This document shows, piece after piece, positions 11,933 to 23,203 of a DNA stretch of 48,485 bases. Each line of letters opens with the position of its first letter. The first letter of the stretch is position 1. Below the pieces are notes generated by a model, which saw nothing but the letters and a program-made list of their open reading frames with translations, was not told where the DNA came from and did no database searches. A program made the position numbers and the translations under genes. Source of the stretch: Nemertoderma westbladi (taxonomy: Eukaryota > Animalia > Xenacoelomorpha); assembly GCA_032718475.1 (NCBI GenBank), contig JAUCBJ010008966.1, forward strand, positions 1-48,485. The letters are read 5' to 3'.

Positions 11933-14900
11933 ATGAGTCGGTAAGGTGAGACGACACCGACGCGGACCCAGGACGAAGAGCTAACGATCCGCGAGGCCGC
12001 AACCAGGCGATACAGGCCCACGACGCCGGAGCCATTGGTAACGGGCGAACCGGAGATTCAAGATGAGGGGGGCCGTCTGGAGTCAGAAGTCGAGTCGAGA
12101 GGAGGGGGAGTCGAGTCGGAGGATAGAGAGAACGAGCTCGAGGGAGAAAGAGACCAGTCGACACGGAACGAGGGTCGGCGTGCCGATGTCGCGGGCCAGC
12201 CACAGGCCGAGAGCGACGAACGGCCCACCGAGACGGCGACGGCGGGGCCGACGGTACGACGCCGGACCCGGAGAGACGACGGAGATGTCGATACCGATAT
12301 CGCCGGCCAGGCACAGGCCGAGGGCGACGGACGGCCCACCGGAACGGCGACGGTGGGGCCGCCGGTACGACGTCGAACCCGGAGAGACAGACGAGAGGTC
12401 GGCGACGAGGACGTCGGGGTCTCCGATCGACTTCGACGGGCCTACAACGCGACCCGGAGACTACTAGAGGAGGCCAGAAAGGGGAAAACGATAGACGAGG
12501 TAAAACTAAAGTCAGGACTAGGTAAGTCGGACAGACATTTATACTATCTAATGCGTTTCGGGCAGAGAGAATTGGCCGAGGAGAGAGCGAGAAGGGTTGC
12601 CGAGGAACTGTATGACTCATGGCGGCATGGGGGTATACAACCTAGTGTAGTGTACATAGGGCCATATTTAATCGATGCCCGGGGTATAAAATTAGTGGGT
12701 TGGAACAGACCTGAGGAGGGCGAATCCGAGGTTAACCCCGAGGATTCGGCCTCGTCGGTCGGAGGAAGTTCCGGGAAGCGGGGGAAAGTTAGTAGATCGG
12801 GAAGGCGGAGGGAGTCCGTCGTAAAGTCTGCTACATCCTCCGCGAAAGAAAGACTGGTGAGAGAGGTAGGTGCCGCGTACCGTCTCGGCCTGATAGAGCA
12901 AGGTCAGAGGGAAATGGATAGACAGCTAGAGGAGGGGAGAATGCGGCTAGAGAGGGAAGCGGCATTGATTAGAGAAACCGGAGAGAAGGCCGAAAGGGCT
13001 TTGAGAAGCCTTAGGGAGTGTGAGGAAATAGAGGAAAAGGAGTGTAGGGAGCGTGAGGTGAGAGAGGAAAGGGAACGCAAGGAGCGTGAGGCGAGAGAGG
13101 AAAGGGAACACAAAGAGCGTGAGGCGGAACGCAAAGAGCGTGAGGCGGAACGCAAGGAGCATGAGGCGAGACGGGAAAGTGAACGCAAGGAGCGTGAAGC
13201 GAGGCGAAGGGAGAGCGCTAGGAGAGTAGCAGAGTTGGCTGAGCGGGACGCGCGGAGTGTGAGAGGAGAATGGTAGAAGCTGAGCGAGAGCAAAAGGAAT
13301 TAAAGAGACGCCAAAGTGAGCTTGCGGAACATAGGATTAGACGCGCGCACGAACTACAACTGGTGCGGGCGGGGGCGTCTGAGAGCGGGACTGGCTCGAG
13401 TATTTTAGGGGAGCCAGGGGCCGTGGATACATTTATTAATACCCCACTCACAGGGACCGCACGACAGACCCAAAACTGGTGTGACCGTACGGGCGGGGGG
13501 GGTAATAACAATAATGCTACAGTAGACGTTGTTAATATTAATAGTACCGTATGGGATAATTCTAATCAAACCTTTATTGCAGGAAATACTTTGCCTAGTG
13601 ATAGTAATTTAAATTTAAATCAGAACAATCCTAGTATTAATGTAGAAAATAATTCTAATATTAATGTAGCTACACAAAATAATCCAAATAATCAAAATAA
13701 TAACCCAAATTCGAACCTACAAAATAATTTAAGTAACGCAATTACACAAAATAATCCAAATAACTTAAATAATGATCCGAGCCCTAATTTACAAAATAAT
13801 TCAGATAGTGTAGTCGCGCAAAGTAATTCAAATGATTTTATTTCGAACGAACAAATTAATTCCGTTTCCAATATGGGTGCTATTAACGTAAACACATCGG
13901 GCGTGTATAGCCAGACAGACGGGGGCCTGGTAGGCCACACAGTTGGTGGGCCGGAAGTAGCTGGGTTAGGTAGACCCAGCGAGGGCCTGGTAGGCCACAC
14001 AGTTGGTAGGCAGGGAGTGGCTGGGTTAGGTAGACCCAGCGAGGGCCTGGGAGGCCACATAGTTGGTAGGCAGGGAGCAGAGGGCCTGGTAGGCCACGTA
14101 ATAACAGAGGGAGAGGCGGGGGTGAATAGACCCGACCGTGATAGGGTTGATGTGTCGACTAGAGGGGGATATAGTAGCGTAGTGAGAGATAGCGAAATTG
14201 GATGTGGCGAGTGGGGGGGGCTACAGGGGCCCCACAACAGCGAGTTAGCGGCGAAAGGGGGGGGGGGGCAGAGAGTGTCCCACAGCCGTCAGCGGATAAT
14301 GCGCGGGCCGAAATAGGTAAACCGCAACACCCGGCGACGGAAAGTAATAGGGGGATTGCGAGTATCCCCAGCGGCGTGCGACCGAGCAGAGAGAGACAGG
14401 TTGACGTCGTAAGAGGGCGGACAAAGCGTCGAGCCCGATCAGAAGAGGGAAGAAGAACAGTGGGGTTTAACCGGGAGGTCGACGAGAGATCTCACGAGCG
14501 GGAATACTCCACTGAAAGGAGAAGAAGGGAAGACAGTAGTAGAGGTATCGCCGCGAACGATAGAAGCGTGAGGACGGATAGCGAGCCGTCGGTAGTCGAG
14601 ATGAGAACGGAGAGTCAGTGGGGTCGGACTCCGGGAGATTGCCGTCGCCCCAGAGAGATGCGACCCGGCGAGGCGCACTACGCGCCGATGGAGGAGTACG
14701 CGATGTACCGGTACGAAGACGAGAACAGTAGAGGGGGGGGGTCGAAGAGAAACTTTCCGACGGAATACACCTATCGATCGAGAATACGGTAGCCGCGGGG
14801 AGGATTATTCGAGAAGAATAAACTTCGATCCCGAGCGACACATGCAGACTGTAGGACATACTGTAGGCCTTACTGCACATACCATAGGCCATACTGAGAG

Positions 14901-17900
14901 AGGCAATGTAGGCGATAGGATAGCGTGGACAACGGGATTAAACCCGGAAGTCGCGGAATACATACCGGTGGGTAGGCCAGAAGCTGATAGGCCTATACTG
15001 GTACCAGTACAGCAGTATGACTACAGCATGCAGGGACATAACATATACCCAGGGGAGGGGGGAATTATTGCGGATAGGTGTATGGGCCCCAACATATTAA
15101 CATCAACCCCAGTACCAAACATACCGGTGGGGGGGGGGGACAGGGTGACATTCCTCCATCACAATATCAACAATATACCCCGATAGGAGCAAGAACAACG
15201 AGACCCTTGGATGAGAATAGGTCGTGTGATACAGACATATGGAGGGGGCCGCTACCCCCGATGACATACCCAAGTCAGAGAAAGTCAAGAAATAGGACGG
15301 ACGAACCGCACCAGACAGGAGAAACTATACAGCACCCATCGAATCGATTGGAAGCACAGGCGATGGGGATGGCCACGTTGATCGATGCGTTGAAAACGAG
15401 GATCGAGTTACCACCCGTGGAACCATTCAAATTCGATGGGAGCAGGCCGGAAGAATATTTACAGTTTCGGCGCATGTATAGTAACGAAATACTAACAAAA
15501 AACTTGACGCAGGCGGAGTGCCTAAAGTATCTGCAAGTATACACGGGAGGCCCAGCATACGACATCGTGAGGCAATATCAAGGAATAGAGGGCGGCTTCA
15601 CGACAGCATGGCGGGCACTGGATAGGGAATATGGGCACCCGGCCAAGATCATCAGACAGACATTGAGAGGCATAACATCGGGTGGCCTACAGGATAATCC
15701 CGTTAGCATTAAGACATTTGCTAACAAAGTTGAAAAGGCGCTAATCGTGCTGAAGACGCTAGACGCGCCATACAAGCTCAACGCGTCCAACAACATCACC
15801 ACGATAGCGCAGGCACTACCGAGCTGGCTGCGCAACAAGTGGAGGAAAATCACCTTCTCCACTCGAGATAAGAAGGGTGCGGAACCGGGTTTAGAAGAAA
15901 TGTCAAACTTCTTAAACTACGAGGCTGAACTAATAACTGACCCAGTCTATAGCGAAGATAGCCTGGGAAAGGGACCGAAGACGGATTACCATAGACCGAA
16001 ACCAGAGCACAATACATCAAACGCATTACTGAGGCTCAGGCAATCATTGCCATATGCAGCGACGCAGGGGACTGCAAGTCCACAGCTAGCCGAAGATGAG
16101 ACCACACCATGGAACGGACAGGGGAACAATAACAACACGAATAAATATAACCCCAGTACGTCCAGTAGGCCGAATCCAAACAATAAGAATAGTAGGGACT
16201 TTGGTACAAACGCAACTGCGATACGCAATGCGCTGTATAAGGAGGGCTACGACCCAAAGAGCAAATGCCAGCTACACGCAAATGCGCTTCATCAAACCAT
16301 GAACTGCAGGTACTGGCAGGCGCTACCTAGGCAAGATCAGATAGATTACGCGTTGAGCAATAAAATCTGCTCGCGATGTGTAATGAGTGGACATAGAGCA
16401 AGGCAGTGCAAGGAGAAGCCGGTCAAGTTTGGTCAAAGGAGAGGCCAAACGATGGCGACGAGCACAGTAGGGGCGAAGAAGAGAGGAATGGTGCTACTTG
16501 GTGTAGTACCCGTGCGAGTGATTGGGGAAGGCAATCGATCAGTAACAACACTAATGCTGGTTGACAGTGGAGCTGCCTTCACACTAGTCGAGGAATGGGT
16601 GGCCGAAGAGATAGGATTGAGAACGAGGCCAAGCAGAATGGCGGTAACAACCATCTCTAGCAAAGATGAGATCCTGGAGATGAGAACAGGACGGTGCGCA
16701 ATTGCAGCAGTGGCACCAGGATGCGACTACGGGGCAACCATCGACCCCATCCAAGTGATAGAATCAATTAATATCAATGCCAGGCGGCCAACCAACATCG
16801 AGGTCGAGCAATACAAATTCCTGGACGACATTGACTTCTCAATCCCAGACGTGGACGTTAGGAAGGTGTCCATCATAGTAGGTATGGACTGCCCAATGGC
16901 CCACGAAAGAATGCAAACGGTCTTCGGCGAAGACAAGCAGAGTGACCCGGTGGCCATATTAACACCATTCGGGTGGACGCTTAGTGGTCCAATCAAGAGT
17001 AAGATACCATTTGGGATGTCGGAGACATCAGGATGCATGTTCGCGGGAACAATGCAGGAAATGGGTGACGAGGGAGCAGAGGAGCAGCTTAAAAGACTGC
17101 TCAGACAGGATTTCGAGGGACTGAAAGAAACCGGGGTCGGGACCTCGGTAGAAGACAAGCAGGCTTTACAAAGCGTGGAGGAATCGATGACATGCGATGA
17201 GGGGCGGTATAATATAGGAATGGTATGGAAACTACCGAAGATACCGCTGCCCGACAATAGGGGGATGGTACTCACGAGACTCCGCAAGCTGAAACAAACA
17301 CTAAAACGGAGCCCCGAGAAGAATGAGTACATCCACAGAACGATGAAGAAGTACGTCGAGAAAGGATGGGCCGTGGAGTTACCGGTCGACGAGCCGAACA
17401 CGGATAGGACATATTACCTGCCACTACACGTGGCTTTAGATCCAAAGAAAGGTAAACTACGGATGGTAGTCGACGCATCGGCAAAGACCGACGGAAAGTG
17501 CTTAAACGACTACCTGTTAGAAGGCCCAAACATATACAATTCGGGCATAGAGGTGTTACTTAGATTTAGAAATGGGAAACACGCCTTCACGTGTGACATA
17601 GAAGGCATGTTCAACAAATTCCGTGTAACGGAGGAAGATAGCGACAGTCAACGCTTCTTATGGTATAACGGCGAGGAAGAACCGCCGATAATACCAGCAT
17701 ATAAGATGGTAGTACAAAACATGGGGGCCAAGTCGTCTTCATTTACGACGACTATGGCAGTGAGAGACACAGTGAAAGGGAAGGAAGATAGATACAGCAG
17801 TAGGGCCGTCGATATGATTCGACGCGGCTTCTACGTAGACGACGGAATGGAGTCTGGGAATACGGTTAAGGAGATACTGGACACAGGGCACGAGGTTAGC

Positions 17901-19445
17901 GACACCCTAAAAGGATCCGGCTTTAACCTGACCAAATTCCAATCCAGTTCGGAAGAATTTATCAAGGCGATAGAGGACAAAAGACCAGAATCGACCATGG
18001 ATAATCCCACAACAGCCAAAGGGCAGGACATGGCGATTAAGAGAACAGAATCTCAACAGAAGGCATTGGGAATCGTGTGGGATAGAGAGACAAACTGAAG
18101 TATGAACTGACGAACTGAAGTATCAGCTGAGCCAAGAGGGCGCAGACATCCACACGAAGAGGGGCTATGTATCGTATATAGCAAGGATATACGATCCCCT
18201 AGGCCTAGCATCCCCATTATTAGTTACGGGAAAACAGATACTCAAGAGAGTATACAAATTGAAAGATGAGTGGGACGTAGAGGTACCAGAGGAAATCAAG
18301 AAACAATGGAGTAAGTGGACAGGAGACTTGGAGAAGATGGGAACATACAACATGCCACGAGTGTATTTCCCGGATGGGAACATGACGAGTCTGGACCTAC
18401 ACATGTTCTGCGATGCGTCGTTGGAGGCGTACGGAGCGGCACTCTATTTAGTACAACGAGAGGGGGCTCATAAGCCCAGACTAGCCTTTAGCAAAGCAAA
18501 GTCAACGCCGCCAGATTCAGCATCAGTTCCCAAGTTAGAATTGACAGCTGCGAGACTAGGAGTTAGAGCCACATCCTACCTAGTGGATACTATCCCCAAC
18601 ATAGTGGAAACACACTACTGGACGGATTCCATGGTAGTGCTTGGTTGGCTACATAACGAAAGGACGAGATACCCGATATTTGTCGCAAATAGAGTGGACG
18701 AAATAAGAGCGACCACAGAACTGGAAAGGTGGCACTACTGCCCAACAGACGAGAACCCAGCGGACTTGCTGTCGAGGGGCGTGGAACGCCACACTTTCTT
18801 GAAGAAGGAAGTATTGTGGCAGCATGGGCCATGATTTCTGAGCCATGAGACGACGACAAGTAAAGTGGGAGAGAAGGACGCCGTATGCACCACATACACT
18901 AGGATGCGTCGAGAGACTGGTGGGCAGTTCAAAGCGTCTAATGACGAAGCTGATGAACACCCACATGGTCACTGAAGACGTGTGAGGGTATCATTAATAG
19001 CAGACCGCTATATCCGGAGAATGATGACCCTGAGTCATTAGACGTGCTAACACCTAGCCATTTCCTGATGGAAAGGCCAGCGACCATCGATATGCGGGGT
19101 GTAGACCCAGATGATATACACTCCCGCCAAAGTTGGAAAGTCGCTAAAGCAATAAGCGCAGAGTATTGGAGGAGGTGGGTCGAGGAATACCTACCCACAC
19201 TCCATAAAAGAAGCAAGTGGAGGAAGCCAAATAGGGAGTTAAGAAAGGGAGATCTCGTAATCGTTACGGATGATACTATCATCAACAACCAATGGCGGTT
19301 GGCGAGAGTCGTGGGCACTTACTCCGATGAGGACGGAAGAGTCCGATCGGTAGAAATGCTGATAGGTGGTAAGATAGGTGCGAAGGACAGAAAAACCTAC
19401 AGGAGAGCTGTAGGGAAATGCTGTCTGCTAGAAGGAGCACCTTAG
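11933..19445 (+). pseudogene. BEL/Pao gag-pol polyprotein, disrupted
   Basis: The ATG at 11933 is followed by a premature TAA at 11942 in the frame of ORF 12035. ORFs 12035, 13270, 14202, 14842 and 15078 join through frameshifts. Motifs seen: Gag LPPVEPFKFDG, knuckle CSRCVMSGHRARQC, protease LVDSGA, RT FYVDDG, RNase H FCDAS...PKLELTAA...WTDS...NPADLLSRG, and integrase tail ERLV...NSRPL...LTPSHFL...WRRWVEEYLPTL. Confidence 0.95.
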
Positions 19446-19589
19446 AGGGGTTAGAAAAGAGTTTAGTCATCCAAGATTTGGACTGAGGGGGGTGGGATTG
19501 AGGGCGAGACGCCCTTCCCACACAAAAAAATAGAAAATAAAAATAAAAATAATAAGTACATAGTAGGTACGCAGTTAGTAGGCAGAAGT

Positions 19590-20125
19590 TAGTTAAGAGG
19601 TATGTAGTACCGATAGTTAGTTAGTTAGTTAGGAGGTATGTAGTACCGCTAGTCAGTTAGGGAGTTAGTTAGAGGGTACGTAGTACCGCTAGTCGGTTAG
19701 AGAGTTAGTTAGAGGGTACGTAGTACCGCTAGTTAGTTAGAGAGTTAGAGGGTACGTAAGTACTGCTAGTTAGTTAGAGTTAGAGGGTACGTAGTACCGC
19801 TAGTTAGTTAGAGAGTTAGAGGGTACATAAGTACCGTTAGTTAGAGGAGAGTTAGAGGGTACGTAGTACCGTTAGTTAGAGAAGAGTTAGAGTTAGAGGG
19901 TACGTAGTACCGTTAGTTAGAGAAGAGTTAGAGGGTACGTAAGTACTGTTAGTTAGAGGAGAGTTAGAGGGTACGTAGTACCGTTAGTTAGAGAAGAGTT
20001 AGAGTTAGAGGGTACGTAGTACCGTTAGTTAGAGAAGAGTTAGAGGGTACGTAAGTACCGTTAGTTAGAGAGAAAGTAAGAGTTAGAGGGTACGAGTCCG
20101 TTAGTTAGAGAGAGCAAGAGGTAGA
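19590..20125 (+). repeat. Tandem array of ~14 units of 35-41 bp (GTAGTACCG...GTTAG...AGAGGGTAC) inside the LTR element
   Basis: Directly visible. The plus strand is strongly G/A/T-biased. Confidence 0.95.
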
Positions 20126-20691
20126 AGGGTATATAAGATATAGATATTAGTTAGCAGTTAGTAGCGAGAGGGGGGGCATATGAGTACAGTTGGATAGATC
20201 GTGTAGGCCACGCGACATATACTGCTGTACTGCACAGGCCCACAGAGTAGGCCAGAATGTGGATTAGGAGATAGAATAATCCATAGGCAGTAACAAGTAA
20301 TAGGAAACAGTAAGGTAGTAGGATTGAAATTAAATCAAAATAAAATTAGAATAAGAATAGGGCTAAGAAGGGGAACAAATTATGGTAACAGTAGTAAGAA
20401 TAGGCAATAACTCAGAAATTCAGAAAGAGATAGGCCATCGAACTGAACTTAAACCACCTAAACCCATCACTCATCACGTTTGCGCCTTGGCAAGGCACCA
20501 CCTATGGGTGAGCGATCGGGCAGAGTTCGAGATGGCAGGCAAACTTGTGAGAGAGGAGAGAAGCAGAGGAGAGGGAGGAGGAAGCTAGGGCGCAGAGCTA
20601 CGGCTTCGAGGAATAAGCAGCCCTAGACGAACTTCGTTGGGCTTCGTCAGAGAGTTCGGGGGAGTCTCTAGGGAAAGAACTGGGGTGGACG

Positions 20692-21906
20692 GTGGGATCA
20701 CCGAAACAGTCGACGTCGGGATTGCAAGCGATGCCCATACCAGCGGGCGCCGAGGGCGAACAACCGCAAAGGAAGTTAAGGGAGCTAGAGGGATGGAGAG
20801 CTACGGGCGAAAGCCAAGGCGGGAAGGGACATAGTGGGTCCACCAGGATGCCGGGGTTGGGACCACTGCGAGAGGAGGACGAGGACGACGACGAGTTCGG
20901 AGAGATGCCGCCCATCGAGAGGATAGGTCACTCGGACACGGACTGGGTTGGCGGGAGGGTGGTGACGGCCAGTGGGGCGAGAGCCTTCTGGGACAAACCC
21001 GGCAAGCGGACCTGGGTGCACGAGGAGCCGGCGATGGATTTCGCGGGGAGCACTATCAGGTTGGGCGAGCAACCGGGGACGGCACCACGGGTAGTATTCG
21101 GGGAGACGATGCCCGAGAGGGGCGGAGAGATCGACGTAGACAGAGACACCAACGTGGAGAAGTTCGCCTACCAGCGACTCCACAGACCGCGGAGATCGCT
21201 TGGGACGAAAGACGACGTGGGACGGGAGACATTGGTACTCGGCTGCGACTACTGTGGGAGACAGACCCACCAGGAAAGGAGCTGCTTGTACCGGTTCCAG
21301 AAGGGAACCTTTTGTCTCTACTGCCGAGAGCCGAGCCACAGGATGGGGGCGTGTCCACGGTTGCATAACCGATGTCCAAAGTGCCACTTTCGGGGACACT
21401 ACGGACGCCAGTGCGACTGGATGGACGACGAGGAGAATTTCAGAATATTCGAGGAGTGGGCCGACGTCGGGGCCATGACGCGCCAGCGCATGAAAGCCCA
21501 GGAGTTCAAGTGGGGTTTCTTCCTTATCAATCAGGAGGCCCACATGGAAATCATAAAACGGAGGTTACCGTTTACCTATCAAGAGGTAGCAACGGCGGCG
21601 TCATATGCCGGAGTGATGAATACACAAAGGTATTTGGACAGGTGGACGCCACAGAACCGAGGGGAGTTTAGGGATTTCTTGGCGGAGCACGTACCGCAAG
21701 CAATGAAGATGATCCTATGGGATGCCACCAGAGGGAGACAACCGGGCCACTCTGAGGGGCCACCGGCGAAGCGATATCGGGCACTAATAACACCAGCGCC
21801 CAAGGAGCCAACAACCGGAATCAGCAGGGAGGTGGCGGCGAAAGTCCGAAAGCAGAAAGCGGATCCCAGAGGAGCGGTGGTAACCAAGAAACGACCCAGG
21901 GAATAG
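20692..21906 (+). CDS. Extra retrotransposon ORF with three CX2CX4HX4C zinc knuckles (putative nucleic-acid-binding protein)
   Basis: 404-aa open frame containing CDYCGRQTHQERSC, CLYCREPSHRMGAC and CPKCHFRGHYGRQC, with a basic C-terminus (KKRPRE). The true start is uncertain; the first ATG is at ~20731. Confidence 0.8.
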   Translation: MGSPKQSTSGLQAMPIPAGAEGEQPQRKLRELEGWRATGESQGGKGHSGSTRMPGLGPLREEDEDDDEFGEMPPIERIGHSDTDWVGGRVVTASGARAFWDKPGKRTWVHEEPAMDFAGSTIRLGEQPGTAPRVVFGETMPERGGEIDVDRDTNVEKFAYQRLHRPRRSLGTKDDVGRETLVLGCDYCGRQTHQERSCLYRFQKGTFCLYCREPSHRMGACPRLHNRCPKCHFRGHYGRQCDWMDDEENFRIFEEWADVGAMTRQRMKAQEFKWGFFLINQEAHMEIIKRRLPFTYQEVATAASYAGVMNTQRYLDRWTPQNRGEFRDFLAEHVPQAMKMILWDATRGRQPGHSEGPPAKRYRALITPAPKEPTTGISREVAAKVRKQKADPRGAVVTKKRPRE

Positions 21907-22644
21907 GACGCCAGGGGGAACTATCCTCAGAGGAACAGATAGGTTCCCAGGGCCGGGGGAGAGAAACTGAGACTTGGACGTGGTACGCCTGGAAGGCGCC
22001 ACGTGAGATGTGCGAACTATGTACAAATTTAATTAATGTGAATAATCATATAAGTACAATTTGTATGTACGTACGTAGCAATCAGTAATCTACAAATATA
22101 TACGTTCGGAGTAAGTACTATAGTCATACAACCTTTCTCAATTAGCTACTGGGACTGGGGGGTAAACTGACTATGGCACTATGGACGAGACACCAGACAA
22201 TTTCACACTTCTTGAGTGCAACGGCACAAGAGGGGGGGGAGATTCGTCAGAAGGGATGAGGTAGTCAGAGTGGGGTTGAGGGACGGAGTAGTAGGTGCGA
22301 AGTGCGGAGAGAGTGCGGACGCAATTCTAGTGTGGGGGGGGGGGAGAATAAGAGGCTGAGTGAGGGACGAGGAGGTCCGAGTGTATGAGAGAGTTAGGGT
22401 GAGAGTGGAGAAGAGATAGGGCGGAAGTGTTGGGGAAACAAAAGTTGCGTGAGAGGTGAGCGCGATCGGCCCGACATGAGACGCCAGGCATATAGGGTAG
22501 CGTTATCATACCCATAGGGAGCGGCCTGGAAAGCCGGCTCCGAGAGAAAAGAATTCCACCCCACACCCGATACTAGATCGGGATCCAGCGGGATTGTAGC
22601 GCACTTTTTTGGTTGATGCTATCTTCTTACCGGGAAGATAGCAT

Positions 22645-22653
22645 GGGGGGGAG
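22645..22653 (+). other. Polypurine tract
   Basis: GGGGGGGAG directly abuts the 3' LTR. Confidence 0.9.
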
Positions 22654-23198
22654 TGTTAGCTTATTCAATCCCGCTAACACCCCATAAAGTTAAGCGATAA
22701 GCAATATTGGGAGCCACGAGATTGGGTAATTAACCAACTCGTGCCACCCCAATAAGAATGGGAAGGAAACACACAATGAGGGTCAGGGGCCACACCCCTA
22801 ACCCAGAGAGAACAGGTGGAGTGAACGGGAACACTCCAAAGGGCGCCAACAAGGGTACCAACCAATCAGAGGGGGGAAAGGCATCGATTAGGTAGAGTAA
22901 CAAGGCCAACCATGCAATATAGCCACTTGGCAGTAATCATATCATTTCAGTTATATCAGTGCAATATTGGTGCTAGTTTAGGTCAGATAGTTTAGCTAGG
23001 GAAGGACCGGGACTTTAGTTACCGTATCCCGCCTTCCGTATACAACAGCCATATTATCTCATATCTATACCTATATCTATATCTGTATACCCAAATATTA
23101 TATACGACGAACAGCACAAACTCATTTACTCTTTATACACGGCGGGGACGCGTGAACTAACACCGGATAAACCGGGATCCCTCTTGGATCCCGTCACA
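22654..23198 (+). repeat. 3' LTR (545 bp)
   Basis: Direct repeat of 11315-11860, followed by the TSD CGTCT. Confidence 0.97.
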
Positions 23199-23203
23199 CG
23201 TCT

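Larger units (their letters stand above)
11315..23198 (+). mobile_element. Young BEL/Pao LTR retrotransposon (11.9 kb) with two LTRs, internally damaged, with an extra 3' ORF
   Basis: Two TG...CA LTRs, 5-bp TSD CGTCT (11310-11314 and 23199-23203), a PPT, and Gag-PR-RT-RH-IN order with BEL-type motifs. Confidence 0.97.

Noticed and set aside
19590-20125. CRISPR-like or telomeric array
   Set aside because: There are no unique spacers and no cas genes, and units are not pure TTAGG/TTAGGG. It is a minisatellite inside an LTR element.
20785-21543. 252-aa antisense ORF, and similar antisense ORFs at 11898-12620, 13692-14237 and 16727-17401
   Set aside because: These are shadow frames of GC-rich sense coding sequence with no recognisable motifs.
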